64,000 bases of DNA from Chloroflexota bacterium. GTDB taxonomy: Bacteria; Chloroflexota; Dehalococcoidia; Lucifugimonadales; Lucifugimonadaceae. Below the pieces are notes generated by a model. That model was not told the origin of the DNA. It made no database searches and was given only the letters and a program-made list of their open reading frames with translations. A program made the position numbers and the translations under genes. The stretch is taken from assembly GCA_036164085.1 (NCBI GenBank), contig JAYZJV010000056.1, forward strand, positions 737-64,736. Direction: 5' to 3'. Each line of letters begins with the position of its first letter. The first letter of the stretch is position 1. Of this stretch, positions 10,533 to 19,939 are shown piece after piece.

Positions 10533-11427
10533 CAGTTTTTCCTATACCGTCAACAATATTTGTAAACTGGTTATAACTGGTAATGTTTATTAATTTAGAA
10601 TTATCTAAAACAATGTTTTCGACTTCTCCTTTTCTTTTTTCTTTAAAAATAGGATTTAATTTATAATTTAGTTTTTCTTTCAAAATTTTATATATGTCTA
10701 TTATTTTCACTTCGTAGTTTGAAGAAACATTTATTTTAGAGTTGATATTTTTAGAACAAAAAATATCAATTATTTGAACGAGATCATCGATATATATATA
10801 ATCCCTTGAAGATTTTCCATCTCCATAGATAATAATTTCCTGATTTTTTTTCATTTTCTCCATAAAAATAGGAATTACGTTTTGGCTTTTTTGATTAGGT
10901 CCATATATGTTAGAGGGTCTTAATATGGAATGATTTATTTTTGATTTATGAAGCATTTTGGATACTAATTTTTCACCTTCCAATTTAGAAATTCCATATG
11001 CTGAAATAGGATTCTCTGGATGCTTTTCATTAACTGGTAAATATTTAGGTTCACCATAAATTGCACCACCTGAAGAAATAAAAGTAAAATAGCAACTTTC
11101 TAGTTTTTTTATTTCATTTAGAAGGTTGAGTGTGCCTTCAACGTTTATACTCATTGTTTTTTCTGGGTCTTTGATTGAATCTATGACACTAGTTTGAGCT
11201 GCACAATGAATAACTATAGTAGGCTTAAATTGTGAAATAATTTTAGAAACTTTATTGCTTCTTATGTCTATATTTTCCGTATTAATATTTGATTTTGTCT
11301 TAATCACGTACTGATTTGAATTTTCGATGTCTAAAATTAATATTTCATTCAATTCAGAGAAAAAATTTGTCAAATTAGAACCTAGAAATCCTAAGCCTCC
11401 TGTAATTAAGATTTTTTCTTTTTCCAA
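10516..11427 (-). CDS. NAD-dependent epimerase/dehydratase family protein (extended SDR)
   Basis: Rossmann motif ITGGLGFLGSNL and catalytic YGISK. 303 aa. Substrate not assignable. Confidence 0.8.
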   Translation of the reverse strand: MEKEKILITGGLGFLGSNLTNFFSELNEILILDIENSNQYVIKTKSNINTENIDIRSNKVSKIISQFKPTIVIHCAAQTSVIDSIKDPEKTMSINVEGTLNLLNEIKKLESCYFTFISSGGAIYGEPKYLPVNEKHPENPISAYGISKLEGEKLVSKMLHKSKINHSILRPSNIYGPNQKSQNVIPIFMEKMKKNQEIIIYGDGKSSRDYIYIDDLVQIIDIFCSKNINSKINVSSNYEVKIIDIYKILKEKLNYKLNPIFKEKRKGEVENIVLDNSKLINITSYNQFTNIVDGIGKTVNLLA

Positions 11428-11430
11428 TTT

Positions 11431-12318
11431 TTAGTCCTCTGGGTACAAAATAACGTCTTCTTTAGAATATTTTTTACTAATTAGATTTGAAAATTCAAAT
11501 ACTTCTAAGGCCTTTTGATATTCACTGTCGTTTATTTTTATATCAGAATTCCAAGTTCCTAGTTTTTGATAATCCTTTATTGCATTAGCTACTGACTCTA
11601 AATCAAAGTCTTCAAAATAAGAATGAACACTTTTTGCTACATCTATAGGGTTTGAATTTTGAACCCATTTTTTAGATTTATCAAAAGCTAATGAAATTTT
11701 TTTTCCTGTGTCTGATTTGATTAATTTCTCGTCTGCACATAAACTAGAAAATGCTACTGGACCAATAACTTCTCCAACAGACGCTACAATTTTACCATGT
11801 CCATCTTTTTCTAATTGATGTGGGTAACTTCCTTGTTCATGAAAAAACCCAAATTTTTCTTTGGAGTAATTTTCATACATTTCTTTTGTACTTAATGGGT
11901 TTTCAGAGACTAATTTTATTTTGTTTATATCAATATTTTTTTTGTATAAAGCAAACTTCAACATTGCCTCTGGTTGACCACCTCTTACATAATAAAATGG
12001 GTTTTTATATAAATCTTCCCATTTAAATTCCTCTGAGTTTTTAGAGATTATAAAAAAACCATCAAAAGAATTTATTAGTGCAAAATGTTTAATTGATGAT
12101 GGTTTTTTTTTCTCTATTAAATTCCAACTTTGTGAAACAGCAGATTGTGCAAAATCAATTTCTCCGGTAGAAATTTTTTCATAAACATTTATCCCTGTTT
12201 CAGGTATATAATAAGTACCTTTCAATCCTTCATTTTCTAAAAAGCCTTCACTTACTAAAGCAATTAATGGACTGTAAAAAACAGCGTGTCTAGAAGCAGT
12301 AATGTTGATAGTTTTCAT
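11431..12318 (-). CDS. NMT1/THI5 (SsuA/NitT)-like type-2 periplasmic-binding-fold protein with no obvious signal peptide
   Basis: N-terminus HAVFYSPLIALVSEGFLENEGL resembles SsuA/THI5-like binding proteins. No hydrophobic leader or lipobox is visible. Confidence 0.55.
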   Translation of the reverse strand: MKTINITASRHAVFYSPLIALVSEGFLENEGLKGTYYIPETGINVYEKISTGEIDFAQSAVSQSWNLIEKKKPSSIKHFALINSFDGFFIISKNSEEFKWEDLYKNPFYYVRGGQPEAMLKFALYKKNIDINKIKLVSENPLSTKEMYENYSKEKFGFFHEQGSYPHQLEKDGHGKIVASVGEVIGPVAFSSLCADEKLIKSDTGKKISLAFDKSKKWVQNSNPIDVAKSVHSYFEDFDLESVANAIKDYQKLGTWNSDIKINDSEYQKALEVFEFSNLISKKYSKEDVILYPED

Positions 12319-12414
12319 TTTTCCTCTTTTTTGGTCAATAAGTACATTTATTCGTAGTATTTTGCATACATTTTATAATAAAATTCAGGACATAATTTAT
12401 TTGAAAAGTATTAA

Positions 12415-13188
12415 TTGTCAAGATATTCAAGAAATAAAAGAAACCTTAGGCAGATTGAAGGAAGGCACTCAGTTATAGAAACTTTATTGTCAAATAAAAA
12501 AGTTTCAAATATCGATATTTCTGATTCAAATGACGAAAGTCCTCAAATAAATAAAATCATATCACTTGCTAATTCTAAAAATATAACTATAAATTTCATT
12601 TCAAAAAAATCAATAGAAAAAAAATCTTCAACAAAAAAGTCTCAAGGAGTGATTTTATACCTTGATGAAAATTATCAATCATCAGTTGAAGAAATGATCT
12701 TTCTAGCTGATAGAAAAAAAGAGGTTCCATTAATAATTTTTCTTGATAGGGTACAAGATCCTCATAATTTAGGTGCTATTGCTCGAACTGCAGAAATCTT
12801 TGGAGCTCATGGATTAGTGGTTCCTGCAAAAGAATCAGCTAAAATTTCTCCAGGAGCTATTAGGGCATCAGCTGGAGCTTTGGAGCATATAGAATTCTCA
12901 ATCGTTAGCTCATTGTATAAAACTTTAGATTATCTTAAAAATATGCAATTTCAGATATTTTCGTTAGATATGGATGGGGAAAATATTAGAGATATAAAAA
13001 TTGATAACAAACTCCCCATAGCCTTAGTTGTAGGTTCAGAACATGATGGTGTAAGTAAAAAAATCATTGAAACTTCTGATAAAATTTTGTCAATTCCAAT
13101 GAAAGGAGAAGTTTCTTCACTAAATGTATCTGTAGCGACAGGAATTACATTGAATGAATTATTTTACAAAAGGAATTTAAATGGATAA
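12415..13188 (+). CDS. rlmB: SpoU/TrmH-family RNA 2'-O-methyltransferase (RlmB-like)
   Basis: N-terminal GRHSVIETL, SpoU core VQDPHNLGAIARTAE, GSEHDGVS, IPMKGEVSSLNVSVA. TTG start codon. Confidence 0.85.
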   Translation: MSRYSRNKRNLRQIEGRHSVIETLLSNKKVSNIDISDSNDESPQINKIISLANSKNITINFISKKSIEKKSSTKKSQGVILYLDENYQSSVEEMIFLADRKKEVPLIIFLDRVQDPHNLGAIARTAEIFGAHGLVVPAKESAKISPGAIRASAGALEHIEFSIVSSLYKTLDYLKNMQFQIFSLDMDGENIRDIKIDNKLPIALVVGSEHDGVSKKIIETSDKILSIPMKGEVSSLNVSVATGITLNELFYKRNLNG

Positions 13189-14584
13189 AAAATTATTTTT
13201 AATTGTTTTACCAGTAGTTTTTACTGCAAATATTTTCCTTCTTGATTTTAACACTACAATTATTGCCATGCCTGCTATTATTGATGAATTTGACTTGACC
13301 TTAAGACTTGCTTCTTGGATAATTCTTTCGGCCTCAATTGTTATGACCGCTCTTCTTATGCCTATAGGAAGAATAGCTGACCTGGTGAGTAGAAAATTCT
13401 TTTATATTTTTTCATTGATAGTGGCCTTATGCGGAATAATTTTTGCCAGTTTTGCAACTAATGTCTATATTTTAATTTTATGGAAAACTATTTCAGCTAT
13501 TGGCACTACTGGGACATCTATTATGATGTTCGTTATAGTTACAGTTACTTTTCCCAAAAAGTATCAAGGCTTAGGGTTAAGTATAATAACTACTTCTGTT
13601 GCTCTTGGGATGATGATAACCCCATTTATAGGTGGAATAATGTTAGATAATTATGGTTGGAGGTATGCTTATAGAATTATTGGTTTCTTAGGTATTTTTA
13701 CTGTATTAATGACTTTTTTATTTGTCCCAAAAATGGAAAGTTCAAAAATTGATAGAAAGTCCTTAGATTTTATTGGAATGTTATATTTTATTTTTATTAT
13801 GACTTTATTTGTATTTATAATAAATGACCCTTTGTCATTTGGTTTCTTTACAATCTTTCATTTAATAATGATTATTGTTTTTTCAATTGCGATATTTTTA
13901 TTTTATAGACATGAAAAAAGTCAAGCTAATCCAATATTAAACTTCCTTAACTTTAGTAATCCAGCCTATCTTTGGGGTTCAGTTTCCAGAATGACAGGTT
14001 TTATAGGCTTTTCAATTTTAATGTTTTTAAATCCAATTTTTCTTCAAAAAATCATTGGTCTCAGTGAAAGTTCAGTAGGTGCAATTCTTTTATATTCTGG
14101 AACTGGTACTGTTATTGCATCAGCTATTTCAGGTAGATTATCTGATAAATTTGGCCATAAAATATTTACTGTAACAGGAATGCTTTTTTCAGCAATAGCA
14201 AATCTAAGTCTTTCATTTTTAGCATATAACTTTGATTTGACTATTTTTATTGTTTTAATGTTTTTTAATGGTTTTGGGATAGGAATGTGGATGGCACCAA
14301 ACATGAGCGCAGTTCTTAGTAGTGTAAGTAAAGATCAATATGGATCCGTAAGTGCTTATTTAAATCTTATAAGAAATGTTGGAACTACAATTGGACAAAG
14401 TCTTGCTGCAACAATTTTAGTTATATTCTTAACAACAGGTGTAATCACTGCTCAATTAAGTGAAATAAACACAGATTCCTCTGATGAAATATTATCCTTA
14501 TTTATCAATGGATGGAGAACAACATTAATTATTTCTAGTATTATAGTTTTTATATCTAGTTTTGCTTCGTTCAAAACAAAATAG
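13181..14584 (+). CDS. MFS transporter, 14-TMS DHA2/EmrB-like
   Basis: 467 aa, hydrophobic throughout, with an MFS loop motif (PIGRIADLVSRK). Overlaps the rlmB stop by 8 nt. Confidence 0.8.
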   Translation: MDKKLFLIVLPVVFTANIFLLDFNTTIIAMPAIIDEFDLTLRLASWIILSASIVMTALLMPIGRIADLVSRKFFYIFSLIVALCGIIFASFATNVYILILWKTISAIGTTGTSIMMFVIVTVTFPKKYQGLGLSIITTSVALGMMITPFIGGIMLDNYGWRYAYRIIGFLGIFTVLMTFLFVPKMESSKIDRKSLDFIGMLYFIFIMTLFVFIINDPLSFGFFTIFHLIMIIVFSIAIFLFYRHEKSQANPILNFLNFSNPAYLWGSVSRMTGFIGFSILMFLNPIFLQKIIGLSESSVGAILLYSGTGTVIASAISGRLSDKFGHKIFTVTGMLFSAIANLSLSFLAYNFDLTIFIVLMFFNGFGIGMWMAPNMSAVLSSVSKDQYGSVSAYLNLIRNVGTTIGQSLAATILVIFLTTGVITAQLSEINTDSSDEILSLFINGWRTTLIISSIIVFISSFASFKTK

Positions 14585-14595
14585 AAGGAGATTAT

Positions 14596-15339
14596 ATGAA
14601 TATTTTAAAAGATAAGGTAGCAATAGTTACAGGTGGAGGAACTGGAATAGGAAAAGCAATAGCGAAATTATTTTCTTTAGAAGGGGCCAAAGTCATTATT
14701 GCTTCAAGAAATCAAGAAAATTTGGTAAATACTGTTAATGAAATAAGGCAAACAGGAAATGAAATAATTGATTTTTACAAAACTGATGTTACAAACACCG
14801 AAGATGTTGCAAATTTATTTTCTTTTGCATTTAATAAATATGGATCAGTTGATGTTCTAGTTAATAACAGTGGAGTAATGGATGGAAATCCTATAGACCA
14901 AGTATCAGATGAGCAATGGGAAAATGTTATCTCAGTAAACGTCACAGGTACGTTTAAATGTACTAGAGAAGGGTTTAAATATATGAAATCTAGAGGGGGG
15001 AAGATCATTAATATTGGTTCTATTGCGGGAGAAACTCCAAGAATGTTTTCTTCGCCCTATACTACTAGTAAACATGCAGTTAAAGGATTAACAAAATCTG
15101 CAGCATTGGATGGAAGAGAATATGGAATTTCAGTAAGTTGCTTAAACCCTGGAAATACAATGGTAGAAAGAAGATCTGATGGGAGATCAGGAACAGGAAG
15201 AGATGAAGGCCCAGAAATTCTCATCGATGCTAATGATATAGCTAGAACTGCTCTTTTAATGGCATCATTACCAGAAGGAACAAATATGCTTGATGCAACT
15301 GTTTTACCAATTAAACAAGAATTTATTGGTAGAGGATAA
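14596..15339 (+). CDS. Classical short-chain dehydrogenase/reductase
   Basis: TGGGTGIGKA cofactor motif, NNSG, and the catalytic YTTSK (YxxxK). RBS aaggag upstream. Confidence 0.88.
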   Translation: MNILKDKVAIVTGGGTGIGKAIAKLFSLEGAKVIIASRNQENLVNTVNEIRQTGNEIIDFYKTDVTNTEDVANLFSFAFNKYGSVDVLVNNSGVMDGNPIDQVSDEQWENVISVNVTGTFKCTREGFKYMKSRGGKIINIGSIAGETPRMFSSPYTTSKHAVKGLTKSAALDGREYGISVSCLNPGNTMVERRSDGRSGTGRDEGPEILIDANDIARTALLMASLPEGTNMLDATVLPIKQEFIGRG

Positions 15340-15382
15340 ATTATTTTTACGTATAATGAATAAAAAATGAGGGGAGCTAAAT

Positions 15383-16081
15383 ATGTACATATTAATGGTA
15401 CGCCTAAAAGTAAAAGAAGATAAAATTGATGATTTTATTAAGGAATCAATTAAGGATGCAATGGGGTCTGTTGCAAATGAAGCAGGTTGTAGAAGGTTTG
15501 ATATTATTCAAGATTCTACTGATCCGACATCATTTGCTTTTTGTGAGGTTTATGATGATCAGAAAGCTTTTGAGGCTCATGGAACATATGATCATTTTAA
15601 AATATGGTTTGAAACTACAAAGCCATTTTATGAATCAGAAATTGAAGTTTCATTTTGTAAACCAATATATCCTAATAAAAATGTAATCTGGGATGCTGCT
15701 AGAGAAAATTATTCTGAAGATGATTATTTCTCTAATGGTTCTTTAATGGTTATAGCAGCACCTCAATACGTAAAACAAGAAAATGTCAAAGAATTTATCG
15801 ATTCAATTACTCTTGATAGTATTGGCTCCACAAATGAAGAACCTGGTTGCCTTAGATTTGATGTATATCAAAATGTAAATGATCCAACTGAGCTATATTT
15901 ATATGAAGTTTATGCAAATGCAGATGCTTTTGAATATCATAGAGGAACTCCTCACATTAAGAAATGGCAAGATACAGTTAAAAATATGTATGATGAATCA
16001 AGAAAAGGTCAAAATGGTAGAAGGGGCAAGAATATTTGGCCTCCTGATAATTGGGAATGGAATTCTGGGCAAAGAAAATAA
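15383..16081 (+). CDS. Tandem ABM / dimeric alpha-beta-barrel domain protein (antibiotic-biosynthesis-monooxygenase-like or mutarotase-like)
   Basis: Two internal repeats of ~100 aa (CRRFDIIQDSTDPTSFAFCEVYDDQKAFEAH and CLRFDVYQNVNDPTELYLYEVYANADAFEYH). Confidence 0.7.
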   Translation: MYILMVRLKVKEDKIDDFIKESIKDAMGSVANEAGCRRFDIIQDSTDPTSFAFCEVYDDQKAFEAHGTYDHFKIWFETTKPFYESEIEVSFCKPIYPNKNVIWDAARENYSEDDYFSNGSLMVIAAPQYVKQENVKEFIDSITLDSIGSTNEEPGCLRFDVYQNVNDPTELYLYEVYANADAFEYHRGTPHIKKWQDTVKNMYDESRKGQNGRRGKNIWPPDNWEWNSGQRK

Positions 16082-16092
16082 TTGAAATTCGC

Positions 16093-17274
16093 ATGAAAGT
16101 AACTGGAGTTAAAACATACGTAATCGAAAATGAATCAGCCCCTAGATCAGGTGGAGGACAAGAAACTGGTAATTGGTATATTGGCGGTAAATATTTTCTA
16201 ATATTGGAATTATCAACTGATGAAGGAATAATAGGGTTAGGCGAAAAACTTACAGGAAGTTCTTTTACGGGTAACATGACTTGGAAAGATTTTAAGTCTC
16301 AAATTCAGCTTGTTCATGAGACAGTAGAAGCTTTTGTAGTAGGTAAAAATCCATTCGAAATAGAAAAAATCTATTATGATATGTACGCTGGTAGACACGA
16401 CTATAGACTGCCTAGCTTACATTATGGAATGGTAATATCAGGAATAGAAATGGCATTATGGGATATTGTCGGTAAAGCTACTAAGCAACCAATTTATAAT
16501 TTATTAGGCGGAAAATGTTGGGATAAATTACGAGCATATGCTTATATGCCGCCTATTCCAGACGGTAAGGCAGAAAATGCTGGAAAGGTAGCAGAACAGT
16601 TATTAGAAGAAGGTAATTCAGCTTGCAAATTTGATCCTTTTCATCCTATAGCTGGAGTCCCTAGAGATATTTCATTAAAAGAAATAACTTATACAGAAAA
16701 CATATTTAAAAGTATTCGATCAGCAGTTGGAAATGAATTAGAAGTTGCTTTAGGAACTCATGGTCAATTAACTACTTACAGTGCTATAAGAGTTGCTAAG
16801 GCAATAGAACCGTATCAGCCATTTTGGTTTGAAGAACCAGTTTCTCCTGAAAATATTGATGAAATGGCCAGAGTTGCATCACATACTAGTATTCCTATTG
16901 CAACAGGTGAAAGACTAGCAACTATTTTTCAATTTTCTGAACTGATTAGAAAACAAGCAGCTCAAATAATTCAAATCGATATCGGACAAGCTGGGGGTAT
17001 TATGGTTGGGAAAAAAGTTGCTGCAATGGCTGAAGCCAGTTATGCAGTCATTGCACCTCATATGTATTGTGGTCCAGTTGCAGCAGCAGCAGCATTACAG
17101 GTAGCTACATGTTCACCTAATTTTATGATAGCAGAGGCAAATCAAGGCCCTTTACATAGGAAAATATTTAAGGAACCTGTTGTTTTTAAAAATGGTTTTA
17201 TTGAAATTCCTACTGGTCCAGGTCTAGGCGTTGAATTTGATCCTAAAGTTCTTGAAAAGCACATAGTTAGCTAA
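16093..17274 (+). CDS. Enolase-superfamily enzyme (mandelate racemase / acid-sugar dehydratase type)
   Basis: ORF-track entry 16051..17274. The ATG at 16093 (MKVTGVKTYVIEN) matches the typical family N-terminus. Motifs ALWDIVGKATKQPIYNLLGG, FWFEEP, ATGER. Confidence 0.85.
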   Translation: MKVTGVKTYVIENESAPRSGGGQETGNWYIGGKYFLILELSTDEGIIGLGEKLTGSSFTGNMTWKDFKSQIQLVHETVEAFVVGKNPFEIEKIYYDMYAGRHDYRLPSLHYGMVISGIEMALWDIVGKATKQPIYNLLGGKCWDKLRAYAYMPPIPDGKAENAGKVAEQLLEEGNSACKFDPFHPIAGVPRDISLKEITYTENIFKSIRSAVGNELEVALGTHGQLTTYSAIRVAKAIEPYQPFWFEEPVSPENIDEMARVASHTSIPIATGERLATIFQFSELIRKQAAQIIQIDIGQAGGIMVGKKVAAMAEASYAVIAPHMYCGPVAAAAALQVATCSPNFMIAEANQGPLHRKIFKEPVVFKNGFIEIPTGPGLGVEFDPKVLEKHIVS

Positions 17275-17967
17275 CTATATATCTATAGTGGCAAAGCAAG
17301 GTTTTCCCATTAGAGTATTACTGTGTAATTTTCCTCCAAAATTTGCATCACAGATCCATATTTTATCTTTTTTTATAGACATTCCATGAGGATATGGGTC
17401 ATCTTGATCAAGCTGAATAGAATCTAAAATAGAACCGTTGTTAATATCGTACTTAATTATTTTCTTACTTGATGTATGAGCACACCATATCCCATTATCT
17501 TGTCTAGCAAGTCCATGTAATCTTTCTTCATCTACTAGGAATTTTGAAACTATTTCATAATTTTCAGAATCTACTTTATAGATTGCTTTTGGATTAAATG
17601 CTGTTATCCATATATACCCATCATCCCATTCAACTCCATGAATTCCTCCGCCATCCGGGGTAGAAAATTTGTCAACATAATTACCAGATTCTAAATCCAA
17701 TTTATATATTAATCCTTTGTGTGTATCAGTAGGCTTAAAATTTCTTGCTTGAGTTTCACCATTTGAAGCAGTCCAAATGAATCCACCTCCAACTGTAATT
17801 CCTGAACCATTTTCAGTTATAGTTTCATATTTATATTTTATGTTCCCATTCTCTTCTAAAACATAAACATCATCTAATTCTTGGTCCATTACATACAATC
17901 CTTGTGAAGTCCATTGCAATCCATTAGGATGTTTACATGGGGATTTAAATACTTCTTTAGTAATCAT
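17275..17967 (-). CDS. Beta-propeller protein (glutamine-cyclotransferase-like or lactonase-like repeats)
   Basis: 230 aa with repeated G-x-W / IW strand motifs (GGGFIWTAS, DDGYIWITA, DNGIWCAH, KDKIWICD). Family assignment is only by resemblance. Confidence 0.5.
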   Translation of the reverse strand: MITKEVFKSPCKHPNGLQWTSQGLYVMDQELDDVYVLEENGNIKYKYETITENGSGITVGGGFIWTASNGETQARNFKPTDTHKGLIYKLDLESGNYVDKFSTPDGGGIHGVEWDDGYIWITAFNPKAIYKVDSENYEIVSKFLVDEERLHGLARQDNGIWCAHTSSKKIIKYDINNGSILDSIQLDQDDPYPHGMSIKKDKIWICDANFGGKLHSNTLMGKPCFATIDI

Positions 17968-18062
17968 TTTAACCTCGTTTATTTTTACAGCTGTGATGTC
18001 ATTGAATAAATGACATAATTATACAAACTAAATTTATTTATATATTATTACAAAGACATAAA

Positions 18063-18704
18063 ATGTTTTCCATATTTAAAAGAAAAAAGAAAGTAATGAT
18101 TTTTATAGATGGTTCAAATCTTTATCATGTACTTTTAAAAAATTGCGGTAGAAGTGATCTAATGTTTTCCTCTTTTGGTGAGAAATTAACAGGTAAAAAA
18201 AGATCTTTGACAAAAATTTTTTACTATAACGTAAGGCAAGAATTAGAAGGCAAGATTAAAATTCCTGATGAACAAAAGAAATTTTTATCTAGTTTGCATA
18301 AAATTAAAAACCTTGAGGTAAAATTAGGTATTTGGAAAGAACAGAATGGCTCTATAGTTGAAAAAGGTGTAGATGTACTTTTGGCAACAGATTTAGTATT
18401 AAACGCATTGAAAAATAATTATGACGATGCCATTATAGTAAGTGGAGATGGAGATTTTTTTCCCGCTATAGACGCTGTAAAAAAAGAAGGTAAAAGAGTT
18501 GAAGTTGCAGCTTTTGAATCCAATATTTCAAAAGAAGCAAGTGAATCGGCAGATAAAGTCTTAAAGTTAAGAAAGTCTTTTTTTAACAATTTATGGATGC
18601 CTAAAAGAAATAGTAAAAAATATTCAGATAAAAGAAAATTTTCCACGAGTAAAAACACTTCTAAAACCAGAGGTTCTAATAAAAGAAGAAAATTACTTGT
18701 ATAG
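18063..18704 (+). CDS. NYN/LabA-like domain protein with a Lys/Arg-rich C-terminal tail
   Basis: IFIDGSNLYH, GVDVLLATDLV and IVSGDGDFFPAIDAVKKEGKRVEVAAF are typical of LabA/DUF88 NYN domains. The last ~45 aa are strongly basic. Confidence 0.75.
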   Translation: MFSIFKRKKKVMIFIDGSNLYHVLLKNCGRSDLMFSSFGEKLTGKKRSLTKIFYYNVRQELEGKIKIPDEQKKFLSSLHKIKNLEVKLGIWKEQNGSIVEKGVDVLLATDLVLNALKNNYDDAIIVSGDGDFFPAIDAVKKEGKRVEVAAFESNISKEASESADKVLKLRKSFFNNLWMPKRNSKKYSDKRKFSTSKNTSKTRGSNKRRKLLV

Positions 18705-18718
18705 TATATTAGAACAAT

Positions 18719-19939
18719 ATGAATCTATTCTCTTTAAATATACCTAGGCAAATATCATATACAATTATACCTTTGTCTTTGATTATAATGGGAGACAGTA
18801 TTTTATATGTAATTTTACCTACAAATTTTGAATTTTTTGGAATAACTTCATATATGGGTATTCCTTATGAATTTTGGATAGGATTCATATTATCAATTAA
18901 TAGATTTGTAAGATTTTTTTCTAATATTATTTCTGTAAAAATTTTTACTAAACTTGGCTTTAGAAGTACTATCTTTTTTGCATGTTTTTTAGGGGCAGGA
19001 TCAACATTGTTTTATGCTTTATTTAAAGGAGTTATTTTAATACTTATCGCCAGGATAATATGGGGCTTTTCATATTCATTATTCAGACTAGGATACCAAT
19101 TAAAAGTATTTTCATTTTCAGTAAATGATTATGGAAAATATTTAGGATATTGCTTGGGAGTTCAGAGAACAGGTAGTTTTTTAGTGGTCACTTTAGGGGT
19201 ATTAATGTCAATAAAATTTGGCATTTATTTTACTTTGATAATTTTATCTTTACTAATAATCCCTGCCTTATTGGTTTCTTTCTTTATTAAAGATTTAGAT
19301 TTGTCAAAATTTTCTCCAAGTAAAATAAATTGGAACTTAAGTTATAACGATCAAGATAAATATTTAAAAAACAAAATAATTAATATTTCTTTTTTTAAAT
19401 TCTCCTCTTCTTTTACTTCAAACGGATTAGCAATTGCTACTATCACTCCTTTTTTATTATCAATCAATAAGAATTTTTATAATGTAGAAACAATACTTGC
19501 CATTGCTGGATTTATTGTTGGATTCAGATGGATAGCTGATATTTTTTTTGGAATTATTTTTGGGACCATATCTGATAAATTTGGAAGGAAGATTAACATT
19601 ATAATCAGCACATTTCTAATGATTATTGCGATTTTATTATCTTTAAGTGGAATTAATTTTTATCTGAGTATTGTTTGTATAGTATTAATGTTCTTTTTTA
19701 GTGTTTCTTTAGAAACTTCTTTGGATTCTTTCTTAGGTGAAATATCTCCTGAAAAACAAAAATCAAGTATAGTATCTAGATATTCAACATGGCAGGATTT
19801 GGGAGCGGCTTTAGGACCAATGGTTGGTTTTATTTTTGCTACAAATTTGGGGATTTCTTTTGGTTATTATTTATCTATATTTATGTTAGCTATTTGTATT
19901 ATTTCTTTTTTGAAGATTTTTACCAATCAAGAAAATTGA
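18719..19939 (+). CDS. Polytopic membrane transporter, MFS-like (12 TMS)
   Basis: 406 aa, hydrophobic, with loop GTISDKFGRK resembling the MFS motif. Starts 14 nt after the NYN gene. Confidence 0.65.
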   Translation: MNLFSLNIPRQISYTIIPLSLIIMGDSILYVILPTNFEFFGITSYMGIPYEFWIGFILSINRFVRFFSNIISVKIFTKLGFRSTIFFACFLGAGSTLFYALFKGVILILIARIIWGFSYSLFRLGYQLKVFSFSVNDYGKYLGYCLGVQRTGSFLVVTLGVLMSIKFGIYFTLIILSLLIIPALLVSFFIKDLDLSKFSPSKINWNLSYNDQDKYLKNKIINISFFKFSSSFTSNGLAIATITPFLLSINKNFYNVETILAIAGFIVGFRWIADIFFGIIFGTISDKFGRKINIIISTFLMIIAILLSLSGINFYLSIVCIVLMFFFSVSLETSLDSFLGEISPEKQKSSIVSRYSTWQDLGAALGPMVGFIFATNLGISFGYYLSIFMLAICIISFLKIFTNQEN

